The notes beneath the pieces are model-generated. The model was not told the DNA's origin. It worked only from the letters and a program-made list of their open reading frames with translations, and did not search any database. From the NCBI RefSeq assembly GCF_006345805.1, contig NC_043019.1:9981360-10045359 (forward strand): a DNA stretch of 64,000 nucleotides, read 5' to 3'. Positions 48,168 to 62,915 of this stretch are shown here, in pieces. The stretch comes from Octopus sinensis (Eukaryota). The translations under genes and the position numbers were made by a program. Positions within the stretch are counted from its first letter, which is position 1. Each line of letters starts with the position of its first letter.

Positions 48168-50199
48168 ATTCAATAAGCAAAATTTCCATTGAGAAAATTT
48201 GCCCCAATTGATGAGTGTTGATGATTCAAAATTAGTTGGTGGTTAATTACTTTTGCTAAAACTAAGGATAGTTATTTCCATTACCCTTCATTCTTTCTCT
48301 TCTCTTCTCTCTATACTTGCACACACACACATACACACATACACAGTGATTTTAAGAGATGTGTCTTAAGATGTCTACATGAAAGACTTCAAGAGAAGCT
48401 AACTGTTAAGCTGCCATCTCTCACAGCTAAACAGTTAACAGTCCTTTTGTCAGTGAAATAATTCCCATTACTTAGAGGGAGCCTCTCTATGGTCATTCAC
48501 CTACAATAAATAGCAGCCAAATCTCCCTCAAATCACACTCTAAGGAGGTTGAGTTGGAAAATGTAGTGTTAGAGATACCATATCTAAATAAAAATAGGAC
48601 ATCTCTGATCTTAAATACACTCAAACAGGGCAGACATATGTGAATGGTTTTAAAGGTCATGGCTTTCATAGCCTTTATATTGAATGTTTCATCAAAATAT
48701 GTTTTCCTTTCAAATTTATTCCTTATTAAAGCAGAAATATTGATTAAATACATTTTCCTACTTGTTTAATCCCAGGCCAATCCCTTTTAAGCAAATCTAT
48801 AATCAAAGATGTTGAAATTATGACCATATTACATTTATTCAAACATGTCTAAGATTGTATAACCCAATGCGACCAGGTCGTTTCCTTTTTTTTCTTTACT
48901 TTTGAACCAGATTATCTGCTATGTAAAAAATTTTGCTCTTATTTCTACCGGTTTAATCAACCATGTAAAGATTTTCCCCATTGCCAAAATAAGTCTGGTG
49001 CAGTGGAAATGAAAATATAATTACAGTAGAGCATGGAACTAAGTTTTTTGATTTCTTTTTCCAGATACAAGAAATGCCATATGTTAAAATGATAAGATGT
49101 AATTTGAGGGAATTTGGCTGCTATTTCTAGCATGTTAACTCTCCATTGTGAGGTTAACTCAAGTAATTTTCATATTTCTAAAGCATTCTTTGAGGAATTT
49201 CATTACATTACTCTCTGCTCCCCACCTATTTGTTTTTACTCTCTTCTGCTTTTCATAAAATTGGGGTGGTGTGAATTTAATATGAAACAATCTCAGGTAT
49301 TTACATTGCTCTATGGTCACCTGTCACTTAAAAAGTATTAGTGGTAAATCAAAAATTATGGCTTTATAGCTGAGAAGTTTGCTTGGCATCCATGTGGTTC
49401 CAGATTCAACCCCACTACATGACATGTTGGAACAATAAATTGAGAATGGAATTTAGCACATGGATACTGTATGGAATTCTTTTCAAGTGTATGTGCACAT
49501 TTGTCCATTCTGCTAACATCTGTTGACTACACATTGAGCAGAGCCATTTCCATGAAGCCGACTCCTGTCAGTTTCTCTGTTTCTTATTGGAGCTTTTACT
49601 TTTACTTCCCCATCTGAAACTTCATTTTTCTAATTCTACAACAGATTCCGCTGTAAGAATGAAGTTATCAGCTTATTGTAGTTCCCCCTTTTTCTCCTCT
49701 TCTTTCTTTATGTAAGCACTTGCCTCTGATGGTTTCCAGAACTGCAGGTAATTGTAATTCATAGAGTAGTGATTGATTATTTAAATTAGTGGACATGTGC
49801 AAGAGCTCCCTACAACCTGACAGGTGTTCATGCAAATCTGCATTCCAGCTGCTGACAATAGCCCCTCAATTACCCACCACTCTTGCTATCAGGTTCTTGA
49901 ATTTAGAGCCACTATAATTTTGAACAATGAAAGGTAGGTTGGGTGAGATTGTTATGTGCAACAGGTAATAAAGGAGGGATGCCTTAGCTAAATTCTTCAC
50001 AAGCAAAGAACAAATAAGTTCTTTTGGGTAGTTTGACATATTTTGGGTAGAAAAATAGGTGATCCAGGTTGTCAGAGCGTGTGGTAGGATAGTTTAGCTA
50101 AGACTAGTTTTGGATAAATAGTGGCATTAATCTCTGCTTATGCTCCTCAATGAACAAAAAAACAAAAACTTTACCATGCCATTTTGCAGATTATCTTGA

Positions 50200-50647
50200 T
50201 GACAAATGACAATGACCTTATTTCCATGGTTGGTGAAGTCAAGACATGTTGGGTAGGAATCTGATGGAATCATGGTCTACACTGAGGCTTTGATCATAAA
50301 AACGAGGAGGGAAGAAAGCTGCTGGAGTTCCATGATGCAAATGACTTGATTTGCAACACTACAGAAAGCCAGCCAGCCATCTGATCACCTATTCAATCTC
50401 ATAAACATCAAAATCAGATTGACTTCATTTTCTCACAAGATAGACATATGTAGCAGATGCACAAGAGCAATATACACTAAGAATACACTGGAAATAGATT
50501 TTCTCAAATACTCTGGAGCTGGTCGATAGTTTGTTACCTGGGTAACTTAATTAGCAGTTGCAGAGAATATTCTGTTAGTATAGTTGCTTGCAAGAATAAG
50601 AATAAGACAGAAAAAGTTTAATAAGCTATTACTTCTGTTGATAACAA

Positions 50648-50687
<40 letters not shown>

Positions 50688-50950
50688 AGAGTGAAAGGCA
50701 GATTATAAGATGCTTGTGTACAAATAGCAATGCTACATGGTAGTGTGATGTGGGTCTGAATGCAGAGGACATGTGAAAACTAGGACAAAAAATAATTTAA
50801 TATACTCTGTTGGATGAGGAACATCAGTGTATGTGTGTGACAAAGTGCAAATGTGTTGAGCGAAAAGCTGGGCATAAGAGGAATCAGATTATAGCATCCA
50901 ACAGACAAGACTGTGCTAGCGTGGTCATGTGATGTATATGCATGATGAGG
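50200..50950 (+). mobile_element. Decayed RTE-like LINE fragments
   Basis: HGLH*GFDHKNEEGRKLLEFHDANDL-like endonuclease remnant; EKLGIRGIR..RLC*RGHV 3' remnant. Confidence 0.5.
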
Positions 50951-53099
50951 AACAGCCATTTACACAAAAATGAAGAGAATAAACTCCAAACAGCCAGTGG
51001 CATACATTTGGATAACACAGACAAATACAGCTATATCAAATACCATACAACATAAATTCTTGGTTTATGAAAATTATGTCTTGAGGATGTGTCATAATTA
51101 TCAAGTGGTAATTAAGACCAGCCACACTTGGGAAGCAGAGATAATCTCAGGATTCAAGAATTCTCCAAAGCCATTCAGGAAAAGGAAAGACAAATGAGGA
51201 GAGTAAGCTGTATATTTGTATGGCTATTTATCTCTAGAAACACTTTTGTTAATAGTCATTACATCAGAAATTGAACCAAACCAGTCCATTTTGCTTTGTT
51301 TCACAAAATTGTTTTGTGCCTTTGTGATGAATCTATTAATATACTTTCTTCTTTGCACAATTTTCTGCTTTGATACATTTGTCCCTATTAACACGTTTTT
51401 CTCCTTTTGTCTCTCTCTCAGTGTCCTTCTCTACACTTTACATACCCACATTATTTATGCATCAGCTTTTACTGTGTCTGCAAGCTTTGTTCTTTATCTA
51501 ACCTTATTTCATGCTCTTTCGAATTTGCCACGTATATGAAGCCTTATCTTTTCAATCCGTCTAAATTATCTCATCATCATTCTACCATGGAACTTCCAAG
51601 TTATAACAATTCAACATGAAATTTACTTATATATATTCAAGCAAACATGTATCCTTGCAACGTTTTCCTTCCATCATTTTTTTGCAACGTTTTCCTTCCA
51701 TCATTTTTTTCATTCTCTTTTTCTAAAACTATTTTTTCATTCTCTTCTTTCTTTCTCTCACATTTTGGTTTTTCTGTCATTTTTATTTATTTATCTAATC
51801 ATTTATTACTATTTGTTTATATAATCCTTTATCAAAATGTTTTTTCATTGGTACTCTTTGTATTATTTCTCGTGTATTTAATTCTCACTTCACTTATATT
51901 CTATTTTAAATTATCTTGCTTCTGTATTTAGAAACAAGATGTGATTAAAATAGAATATCTTATTCTATGAATATTTATACCTGATCCTAAAAGTTTTACC
52001 TGTCAGGTAAATGGTCTTGTTCGACATGTAGAAATGGTGTACTCAGTGCAAACTATGGACACATATGAGGTGCAGTGTAATCAAAGGAAAGTTAAGAAAA
52101 AATAGACTTGGTTTGCAGTCGATGCATGGAGCAACAAGCCCTGAGAACATGTGGGAAACAGGTTTTCTGGGATGCCCAGGGGGCTTTGTAGGGGCAGGAG
52201 ATAGCTTCTGTTACCTAGGTGACCAAGTTAGAGCTGGAGGAAGTTTTCTAAAAGTAGAGTTACGAGAATAAGAACTGTCTGGAAAATGTTTGGAGAACTA
52301 TTACCTCTGCAGGTAACAAAAAGCTTCTCTCTCAAAGTGAAAAGTAGACTGTGATGCCAGTGCATGAACAGCTAGATATTAATCCCCTTGAAGATGACGA
52401 CTGATCAAGATGGACAGAGATATGCTGTGCTGGAGAAGACCCATTCATTTCAGCAAAAATGAGGTCCTGTCTACCCTTCCCCAACAACTCATCTTCTAAC
52501 ACCCATTCCTCCATTAATCTTCTGAGGTTCTATTCACTCAGATGCTGTAAATGATATCACCTATCTCCTTCTCTTTCCAGATATGGAAGCCATATATTCA
52601 CCTCTTCAGCAAGAGACTGGCTCCTCTCCCTCTGTCAGACTTTCTTATCCCTCAGCACTATGCTCCACACAATAGAGGGAGTCTTGTCTAGTACTACTTG
52701 CTGACATGACCTGTGCTGGTGACAAAAATAAAAAGCATGCAGTACATTCTATGAAGTGGCTGGCATTAGGAAGGGCACCTAGCAGTAAACATTGGAACTC
52801 AGCACAGCCCTCTGGCTCATCAGTTCATGTCTAATTGTCCAAATTATGCTAGTATGGAAAAAGGAACTGCAGGTTTTTGGCAAGGAGACCCAAAATGGCT
52901 CATCTAATGAAGAATGAAAAGAAGATAAAATGCAGTATGCTAGGGCTCTGCAAAACATACTGATGGAAAGAAATAAACATGAGATGAACAGATGGAAGAG
53001 TCATGAGGATGGGAAAAGCAAAAGGTCTGAGAACAACAGGTCTTTGCCGTAAGCAAAGAATATGCTTTGAAAATTATTTCCTACCAATTGTCTTCTTCA

Positions 53100-54460
53100 T
53101 GTAGCGGAATGAAGAAGATGCCACTCTGAAGACTATCCAGATTTATGCTCCCACAAATGCTAGTGAAGACAATAAAGTAGAAGAATTCTACTACGAACTA
53201 GAGAAAGTGTTGGCTCACATATCCACAGACACCAAGGTGATGGGAGATTTAAATGTAAAGGGTAGAAAAGGACTGCAGGGAGAGAAGTATGGAGAAAAGT
53301 TTAGATCAGAAGAGAGAAATGAAGGAGAACATTTGGTTAGCATAGCAGAGGCAAGGAGACTTTACATCGGGAACAGCCTATTCAGGAAGATGAACCTGGA
53401 TAGCTCCAAACACTATGTACAAAAATGAAAACAACTACATTGTGGGGATATAGTTGTAGACAAAGGGGAGTTGGAAAGGGTATACGAAACCCTCCACACC
53501 AACTTTTCTAAATCATCAGTGAAGATTCATCCTTCACTGTCACAAATGTTGAAAGAAGTGCCACTTATTCTGGCCAGTGAATCTGAAACTGTCATTAGAC
53601 TGATAAAGCATACAACACTCAAGGACAAAAGAAGATTTTTAAAGAAAACTATCAACCCATATACCTCTTCTATCAATAAGCCTTTTACAAAGGTCATAGT
53701 CATCAGATTACTGAAACAGCTTGATGACTAGCAGCCGAGGGAGCAGGCAGGTTTCCATAAGAACTATAGTACAATGGATCACACATTCAATAGCTTATAA
53801 AACGTGTGAAAGAATACAAGCTAGTTGTATGCATTACTTTTGTCAGCTATAAATAAGCCTTCAATAACATCAAAATGACCACAGAGATGAAACTTCTAGA
53901 AATGCAAGATGTCGAGGTGCAATACACGAAACTGCTCAGCAATCTGAACTCTGGATGCACCATTGATAAACTCTCCTATAGCCAGATGGCTGGATGTGAT
54001 TAAGGAAGATCTCCAGAAGCTTCACACCATCTTGGTGGATGCAGAGGGGCTGGCATGGGACTGCCAGCAATGGGGAGCACTAGTGGACCTGGTTAGCTCT
54101 ATTTGTGATGATTCTTCTGGGGCCACTAACCTTTGATGACCCCAGTCCCATCAAGCAAACAAATAACCATCAGTAAGAGTTCCAGTTGGTAAGGGACTCA
54201 AACAAGGGGATATGGTCTCTTCAAAGCTCTTCACTGCATGTCTTGAAATGGTCATCAGAGACACTGACTGGACAGATAGCCTGAGCGTCAATGGCAAGCT
54301 ACTAACACACCTCTGATTCACAGATGACATCATACTCATTGCTAAAATCTATAGACCAGCTGCAGACCATGCAGACTGAGCTGCACTCCCAAAGCATAGC
54401 AGTGGGCCCAAAAATGGACTTCAAAATACATTATTTGAAAACATAGCACGAGGCTGAATA
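53100..54460 (+). mobile_element. Decayed RTE-clade LINE (APE endonuclease plus RT)
   Basis: IQIYAPTNASEDNKVEEFYYELEK..VMGDLNVK..GNSLFRK; QPREQAGFHKNYSTMDH; GKGLKQGDMVSSKLFTACLE; FTDDIILIA. Confidence 0.8.
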
Positions 54461-54469
54461 GAGATGAGA

Positions 54470-55230
54470 AGTGATGACACTGAATGTTCATTGTCCATGT
54501 TGGCATGGGTTGGGTGATTTGATCAGGGCTGATAAGCTGGAATACTGCACCAGACTCCAGTCTGATTTGGCATGGTTTCTATGGCGGGGTGCCCTTCCTA
54601 ACGACAACCAGTCCGAGGGTGTACTGAGTGCTTTTACGTGCCACCAGTACTGATGTCATTTGCGTAACACCGGTATCTGCTAGGATTACAATTTTACTTG
54701 GCTTGATGGGTTGTCTTCTCAAGCATGGCATAATGCCAAATGTCTTGGCCATTCGTCATTGCCTTAGTGAGGTCCAACACTCAAAAGGTGCTTTTCATGT
54801 GCCACCAGTATTGGCCACCTTTCCTCCATGAGGCCCAACACTCGAAAGCTGCTTTTTACATGCCACCAGTATGGATGCTAGTTATATGACACCAGTATTG
54901 GCCATGACTATGATTTCACTTAGCTTGACGGGTCTTCTCAGGCATAGCATATCACCAAAGGTCTCGGTCACTAGTCATTGCCTCCATGAGGCTCAAAGTT
55001 CAAAGATCATGCTTCACTACCTCGTCCCATGTCTTCCTGGATCTATCTCTACCACAGTTGGAGATCAGCACTATTTTACACAGCTGTCCTCGTCCATATG
55101 CAACACATGACCATACCATCTCTCTTGCACACCACATCTCATGCTTCTTATGCCTAACTTTTCTCTGAAGATACCTACACTGTTGTACATGCACACTGAC
55201 ATTGAACATCCAGCAAAGCATACTGGTTTC
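54470..55230 (-). mobile_element. RTE-like LINE 3' end with long repetitive 3' UTR
   Basis: EKLGIRSMRCGVQE..WYGHVLHMDEDSCVK..GRDRSRKTWDEVVKHDL; same family as 59900-60720 and 61410-61980. Confidence 0.8.
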
Positions 55231-56977
55231 ATGTATATATATATATATATATATATGGCATGCATGTATGTATGTATATATATATATACTAAACTTCCTC
55301 TGACCCATTGGGTCACCAGGAAACTCTGAGTTTCCCAAAAACAGAGTTTTGTTTCTCGAGTTTTTTTTTTGCCAGGTTATTTCACATGCCACAAATCACG
55401 TGTAAACAACCCCTTTCCTAAGAAAAGGAAAGACTTGGCTGCTATTTCTTGCATACCCTGCTACCACGTAACAGGTATTTTGGGTCCTTTATCACAAACA
55501 CCTGTTAAGTGGTAGGAGGGCGTGCTAGAAATAGCAACCAAATCTTTGGCGGTGAGATACATTGTATGCACTCAAAAAAAAAACCTACGGAAAAAAAAAA
55601 CTATTTCACACCAATGTTATGAATGGTTCTTTTATGAAATATTTACCATATTTTAAAAGTCATTTTCACTTTAAAATACTTTTTAAATATGCCAAAATAC
55701 ATTTGTACATGCATTGTGACATTGTAACCTCTCTCCTCCAACCAAACGCAATTACTCTGGCTCAAAGTCTCTCTCTTCAACATTTCTTTAAATTATCTCT
55801 TGTCTCTACCTTTCTCAAATTCTTCCCCCATCAATCATCTGACACTTTCTTCTTTTGCATTGAGGACATATCTCACTTCATCCTTCTCTGATGCTATCAT
55901 CTTGAAGTGGTTTCATAGAACATTGCTCTTTTTGGTTTTGACACTTCTACACAATTACTGCCGGCAAAGAAGCTAAATCATTTGCTATTTTGAACTGTTT
56001 ATACTAGTTAATATCTTCACCAAAATCTCATATAACAATCTCTAAAAACAATGTTTTTCTCAGTCATTTCTGTCTCTGATTTCATTAAACTGATTGATTA
56101 TTGCTTAACCAAGTCAATACCATTCCCCATCAAACCCTTTAGTACTAAAGGCAATTAATATGTCAGAGCCCTGGTACTTTCACACACTGTCTAAAGGAGA
56201 AACTCTACTTCATGCCCAACCCAGCCACAATTTTGCCACAGAAGTACAGAAAAAGAAGATGAAATACAACAAATTATGACATGGCATAAACAGAGAAAAT
56301 ACTAAGAGTTACATACTAGATCTTAACAACATTCACACCACATGGACAGTACATAAAGTAACAAACACATTTGGAGCATATTTAAGATACATGAATTTGC
56401 AGAAGCATGGGAGATTTGCAACAACTAATCTATGAAACTTGCCTTCTCATTCAGCTGGCTTTATGTATACCGTGGAGCTGGTCATTCAAAGCTGATATGA
56501 GATTCCCTAAGTGTACAGAAATAGATATTAAACAATGGAGAGAGTGCAGCATGTTCAAACTGCAACACCACATGACCAAGCACTGCATGTTAAAGTGAAC
56601 ATAATTTTCTTTAGCTAGGAGGAGTTACGATGTCATAGCTAATCATTTGTGCATGTTACAGGTCTTGTTCTGAGCTGACCTGGGGTTACACAAGGAAAGA
56701 CACATCCTATTATTCCTATATACACTATTAAGAAAAGAATGATGCATGATGAAGGATGAGATGACTTTTATTACAAATATGTTTGCTCGGTCAAGGAAGA
56801 TCTGAAACTAAACAACAACAACATGCAACAGAATAATATACAATCCAATGGAAAGGATGCTCTCTCATTCATTTCTTGCCATGAAACCAGAGCTAAGCAC
56901 TGCCCAATGAATCCCTCGGCTTCTTCTTAACATATTTACAGACAACTAGAATGCAATATTACTTTAAAACAAAATAA

Positions 56978-56983
56978 TTTATT
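56978..56983 (-). promoter_or_regulatory. Candidate INTS9 polyadenylation signal (AATAAA)
   Basis: First AATAAA I found downstream of the stop codon, about 85 nt away; position only. Confidence 0.35.
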
Positions 56984-57067
56984 ATAAATGATTGGTGTAA
57001 AGTTTTAATGGCTTTATGAAACAAAATTATAAATGATGTTCTGCATGAAAGAGGGAGAGTCTTGAAT

Positions 57068-57187
57068 TTAAAACTTGGACAAACATTTCAGTAACGTGTC
57101 TCGGATCTTGATACGAATAGGCTCATTTCCTTCGCAGATGATATGGGTTGATTCTGGTTCAATTTGTATGAGGGTATCTTCATTAGG
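57068..57187 (-). CDS. INTS9: Integrator complex subunit 9, terminal coding exon (PNEDTLIQIEPESTHIICEGNEPIRIKIRDTLLKCLSKF*)
   Basis: ttttgtag acceptor, TAA stop; matches the recalled vertebrate INTS9 C-terminus [36 protein letters not shown]. Confidence 0.92.
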   Translation of the reverse strand, partial: PNEDTLIQIEPESTHIICEGNEPIRIKIRDTLLKCLSKF

Positions 57188-57812
57188 CTACAAAATAAAC
57201 AACATGAACATACTAAACACGAATACTTCAGAAACATTAAAGAAAGAACTACTTTAGTTAAAATTGATTTCTAATAGGCCACAAATTTCATGGGAGTGCA
57301 GAGGAGTCTATATTCCAATCCACCAGGAACCAGTATGTATTTTAAGGCTTCTCATCTCAAAGTTGAAAAGTAAAGTTGACCTTGATGGTAACTGAGTTCA
57401 GACACTCAAACGAACTGTAACTAATCTATGTCTGCACAGCATTTTGTCCAAAAATAAATTAGTAATATAAGTTAAGGAAGTTTGCAAGCAGAAAAAATAC
57501 AGCAAGCCTCAGAATACATTAACATTTATCAATCGCACTTGGTTTGAACTTCAAATGCTTATGATGACATCTTTGGTTGATAAAACATGTAGAGCAGTAT
57601 AGAAGGGTTTTCTTCAACTATTTTTTAAACTTATTTTTCTAGCTTAGTCAGTTGTTAAAGTCACTTCACAACCGTATTGTCTGAGGTTTGATCCCAGAAC
57701 ACAGCCACATGGGCATGTGTAATCTTACAGATTGACCAATGCCTTGTGAGTGGAATTTAGGAGACAGAAACTGAGTAGAAGTCTGTCATGAGTGTGTGTG
57801 TGCTTGTATGTA

Positions 57813-57868
<56 letters not shown>

Positions 57869-58307
57869 TGTGGTATGTATATCTTGGATTTAGGAAAGGT
57901 ACCCTATATATTGTGAGAGGCAACTGAAAGGTTTAGCAACAGGATGGGTATCCAGCCGTAAGACACAGCCTCAGAAAAACTGTTTGAACCCATGCTAGCA
58001 TTGAAAATCAAATGCAAAGCAATGATGATGATGATTTATCTATATACATCTTTCACCAATGTAAATATGAGCCAAAATATCCAAAATTTGATGCTTTCAA
58101 ATAAAAATACCTTGAGGTAATTAATTCACCTAAGTTGCACAGCTCACCATCAAAAATACAATGAACCAGAGATTGAATTTTTCAATTCTTGTAACTGACA
58201 AAGCTATTACTCACAAATTACAATATAACATGTTTTGAAAATAGATAAACATAATAAATTAACAATGTATAAAACTCAAACTTTTCCTCTCCTATTCCTT
58301 GTGAAAT

Positions 58308-58348
<41 letters not shown>

Positions 58349-58407
58349 GTTGTTGTACAATAATACTGTAAAATTCTAGTTAAGCAATAGAAAAATAAAT
58401 TATTTAC

Positions 58408-58464
58408 CAAATGTATAATGGAACCATCTCCAGCCTCTTCCAACTTCACATCTGTAATTCCATT
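58408..58464 (-). CDS. INTS9: INTS9 exon (NGITDVKLEEAGDGSIIHL)
   Basis: cttccag/gtaaat borders, 57 bp, phase 0; resembles HGFSDIKVEDTAKGHIVLL. Confidence 0.88.
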
Positions 58465-59713
58465 CTGGAAGATTAAATTTAAAAAATGGATAAATAAAAG
58501 AGAACAGTAAAATATACACATTTCAATGATTTGTTTTACATTGTTCACCCCAAGTAATCCCTAATCAACCTGATCTATAAAGAAAACTGCTCCAGCCATG
58601 ACCATCCTAACATTTTTTTTTTCTCAGATACTTATCTTAGGACTACATTATCCAACATTATCATAATTTCTTCTAAGACAGTCAAGTGGAATTTGAGTGA
58701 AATTTGGTTGCTATTGCTAGCAGATTGTGTGACCATACAGAAATCCCTTCATTAGCTGATGATGATATATATATATATGATTTTTAACACATGTCTACGA
58801 AAAAGATCTCATCATTTCACAGCTTCCTGCCTTCTGATGGAGTGTATACATTTAGCATGATAAACAGATGATTTAAATTCAATTCTGTTTCGATGGCATA
58901 TGACATAGTTATAGAGTGATCATGCATGAGGTTTAAGACATTTGGAGAATTCCTATGAGAGAGAGAAATGAAGAATAAACTTGAGTTTGAAAAGTGGTTT
59001 CACACTTATCAGTAGCATGATGAAAAAAAAACAAACAAAGATAAAGGCTTTCAGGCTAACTTTCATGAATGTATTTTTAAACATATTCAAACAATGGCTT
59101 ATTCAAGAAAAAACAAGCTCAGATTACTGGAAATTATGAACTTGTCAGTTATAATATATTAAAGAATGCTCTGCATCTATATATGGAGTTTGTAATTTAT
59201 CCCATCTCAGTGAATGCACAGAAATTTTATACACACACAAACATGTGTGAGTGTTCTATCTGATTGTTTTGCCACTGCAGCAAACATATCAACAAAGAAG
59301 CCACTATGTTGTATCTTGATCTGCTAAAAGTACATAAATCATTTTCAAATCCCACCATGCCCTTCTAGGTAAGAACATGCAGAATAACCTGTTCCTGAGT
59401 ACAGTCTGCCTTCGAAAAAAAACAAGGTCAATGATCAAATCTCCCTCAAAGTACAAAAAATAAGGAAACATTTATTAATGTAATTTAAGATAAATTATGC
59501 CTGAAGAAAAGATATGTCATGGCTGAAAAGCCTATGATAATAGGCCTCGGGCAAGACAATGATCTGCATGAATGTGGTACAAGACAGGCAACAGTTTCCA
59601 ATGGAGACACCTTTCAAATACCTGGGGCTAATTTTTTTCTTACAGGAATATTGTGAACGTTGGAAGTTTATATTTCACAGGTACTTTAAAGAGAATACAA
59701 TAAAGATATTAAC

Positions 59714-59824
59714 CTCAGTCAAAGCATCTACAAATCTCTTAATGTTAAGAGTACCCCAGAGGTAACTGAGTGCTGCAGCACTAGTCTTCAGTTTCTTTTT
59801 TACTGCTACATCATCTGGTATAGG
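59714..59824 (-). CDS. INTS9: INTS9 exon (PIPDDVAVKKKLKTSAAALSYLWGTLNIKRFVDALTE)
   Basis: tttctcag/gttaat borders, 111 bp, phase 0; basic KKKLK patch and GxLxxxxFVxxL like INTS9. Confidence 0.85.
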
Positions 59825-59899
59825 CTGAGAAAAAAAAAAACATAAAGGAAATTATTACAAAAAACTCTGTGTTAGTGAATTTTCTTTAAGACAAAGGCA

Positions 59900-60720
59900 A
59901 TCATCATCGTTGTTTAACGTCCATTTTCCATGCTGGCATGGGTTGGACGGTTTAACTGAGGGCTGGCAAGCCAGAAGGCTGCACCAGGCTCCAATCCGAT
60001 CTGGCAATGTTTCTACAGCTGGATGCCCTTCCTAACATCAACCACTTTGAGAGTGTGGGTGCTTTTTACAGGGGCCAGTCAGGCAGTACTGGAATCAGCC
60101 ATGCTTGAATGGTGCTTTTTACATACCATGGGCACAGGACCAGTCAGCCAGCACTGGGATTGAATGGCGCTTTTTATGTACCACCAGCACAGGTACCAAT
60201 CAGGCGGTACTGTCATCGGCCACAACAATGACTTCACTTGATTCAACAGGTCTTCGCAAACACAGTTTATTGCCCAGTGATTGAAGGCTACTCTTAAATG
60301 GGCTGGTTATGCTGCACTTGCACAGGCCTTGGTTACGGTCTCCTCAAACATAGCACATCTCCAAAGGTCTCAGTGACTTGTCATCGCCTCCATGAAGCCC
60401 AACATTCGAAGGTTGTGCTTCACCACCTTATCCCAGGTCTTCCTACATCTACCTCTTCCACAGGTTCCTTCAACAGCTAGGATGTGACACTTTTTCACAC
60501 AGCTGTCCTCATCCATGACCATACCAGTGCAGTTGTCTCTCTTGCACACCACATCCGATGCTTCTTATGTCCAACTTTTCTCTCAGGGCGCTTACACTCT
60601 GTCATGTATGCACACTGTCATTACACATCCAGCAGAGCATACTAGCTTCATTCCTTGCAAGCTTAGGCATGTCCTCAGCAGCCATGGCCCATGTTTCACT
60701 GCTGTGTAGCATGGCTGTTT
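59900..60720 (-). mobile_element. Intronic RTE-like LINE 3' end
   Basis: MDEDSCVKKCHILAVEGTCGRGRCRKTWDKVVKHNL; 3' UTR ends catggaaaatggacgttaaacaacgatgatg. Confidence 0.8.
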
Positions 60721-60984
60721 GCACACATGCATCATAATCTACCTTTTACTCTGAGCAAGAGGCCCTTTGTCACCAGCACAAGCAGGAGCTCTCTGAACTT
60801 TATTTTGTCTTATTGGAGTCTAGCAACCCAAGGCTAGCTTGGGGATGACGGTTTAGTTGCTAATGCTCTTACCATGTAATTGGTTGTACATGTTGCCGAC
60901 AGCAACCTGAAATAGACATAATAGTTCACAATACATGTGCATGTGCAACACACATGCGTGGACACAACAAGACAATTTACAAAC

Positions 60985-61083
60985 CTCCAAGACATTTTTA
61001 TTATCTTTTCCCATGATGCACCCTGTAACCATGGTGATCAAAGATCCTGGTTTTACTTCCACTGGTTCCAAGGTTGATGCCAA
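60985..61083 (-). CDS. INTS9: INTS9 exon (LASTLEPVEVKPGSLITMVTGCIMGKDNKNVLE)
   Basis: ttgtag/gtttgt borders, 99 bp, phase 0; resembles LADSLVPMEIKPG..HTKDNKHLL. Confidence 0.9.
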
Positions 61084-61409
61084 CTACAATTAAAAAACAA
61101 AAAAGGAGGTTAGAATATAAAAAGGATGGCCTTTTGGAAGAAATGAGTGTATAATTTTGTATACATGCACGTGTGAGAGTGTATGAGTCCTGCTCATTAT
61201 CCCCTTAAGTCCATTTCCCCTCTGTTAGGGTTGACAGGACAGATCTGCTCTATCACGGTACTTTACTACTAGTTGCAGTCCATTATTACTTCTTTTGAAG
61301 CCATGATTCCATGTTCAATACCCGACCCAAAGTATCTTCAGACAAGGCATCTTATACTATCACCTCAGATGAACCAATGCCTTCACAGTAAAAACCAATG
61401 CCTTCACAC

Positions 61410-61980
61410 ATCATCATCATCATCATCATCATCATCGTTTAACATCCGCTTTCCATGGGTTGGACGATTTGACTGAGGACTGATGAACAAGATGGCTGTG
61501 CCAGGCTCCAATTTGATCTGGCAGAGTTTCTACAGCTGGATGCCCTCCCTAACACCAACCATTCTGAGAGTGTAGTGGGTGCTTTTACGTGCCACTGGCA
61601 TGAGGGCCAGTCTGGTGGTACTGGCAACAGCCAAGCTCGAAATGGTGTTTTTTACGAGCCACCTGCACAGGAGTCAGTCCAGCGGCACTGGCAATGACCT
61701 CGCTCTAATGTTTTGTTCACGTGTCACCGGCACAAGTGCCAGTCGGGCGACATTGGTAATGATCATGCTCAGATGGTGCTTTTTATGTGCCACTGGCATG
61801 GAAGCCAGACAGCTGCTCTGGCAGTGATCCCGCTCGGATGGATCTGTCAGCGCTCCACTGGCACGGGTGCCAGTCATTGAATTTGGTTTAATTTCGATTT
61901 CACTTGCCCAAACAGGTCTTCGCAAGCAGAGTTTAGTGTCCGATGAAGGGAGGTTGGCATGGGTGCCAGTTGTCCTAACT
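61410..61980 (-). mobile_element. Intronic RTE-family 3' UTR fragment with (ATG)n tail
   Basis: Similar to 59900-60300; (CAT)n at 61409-61436. Confidence 0.75.
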
Positions 61981-62479
61981 CCAGCATCTAGGTTTCCCAA
62001 GTGATCATTCTTCTAAGCACAACCTAGGTTTGATAGGACTTAACTTTAGTGCACACAACAGGATCCAATCTTTTTTGTATACTGCCAGAGATAGTTCTTG
62101 AAACTATTACTAAACAATTGCTAATTTATAAGAGCATCTCTTGAGAACTTTCAGCAAAAAAAAATACCTAAGACTAATCATGATCTATCTAGTGGTTTAT
62201 GTATTCTAAGAGAGAGAGAGTGTGTGTGTGTGTGTGTTTCAGTTTAGTTTCTATGGGCTGATATTCTTCCTGTAAAGTAGTTGATAATAAAGAAGGCATC
62301 AAGTTGTAGAAATCGAGCTAAAAAATGAAACATGGGAATAAGTTGAGGCAATAGCTCTAAACAGGAACTGACTTGGATTATGACAACCTGTTCAATCCAT
62401 GACTGTAGGAAGAAAAAGGACATAAAATGATGATTAAATACAGACACACATACATACAAGTCTGTATGTGTTTGTGAGA

Positions 62480-62620
62480 CTAAGGTAAAACTTAGCTATT
62501 CAATAAATAAAGATCAATGAAATAAGTACCAAAGAGTTAGGATCAATAAATAAAACCCTTGAAGGCAAGAGCTCCAGCATGGTTGCATTTCTACAACTGA
62601 AACCAATAAAAGAATAAAAG
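62480..62620 (+). mobile_element. SINE 3' half with CR1-like tail
   Basis: ..aaataagtacc..ccagcatggttgca..ctgaaaccaataaaagaataaaaga. Confidence 0.55.
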
Positions 62621-62915
62621 AGAAGGTCTCCATTTTTCTTTGTTGATATGATGTGGGTGGGTTTGTTCCACGATGACATTGTTGTTCCAACTGAATAGGA
62701 CTGGCCCAGCATGGCATACAATGGGATCTCAGAACTCTGTGGTTGTGAAGCAAATTGCTTAAGGATACAGCTACAGCTTGTTCCCATTCTAAGTATTTAA
62801 AGAGGTGAATGCCAGTAACATACATACAATCTCTTCCTTTTACAACTGTATTGAAGCAAGAATATTATTATTAAGGAACCAGATGAATCCATTTTGACTC
62901 TTGTTAAAGATTTAC

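Noticed and set aside
49645-49747. Plus-strand acceptor/donor pair with a short hydrophobic ORF (MKLSAYCSSPFF..)
   Set aside because: All three frames from the acceptor hit a stop; a frameshift would have to be assumed
37841-51715. Short exact tandem duplications (37841-37880, about 46617-46660, about 51655-51710)
   Set aside because: Ordinary slippage duplications with no further structure
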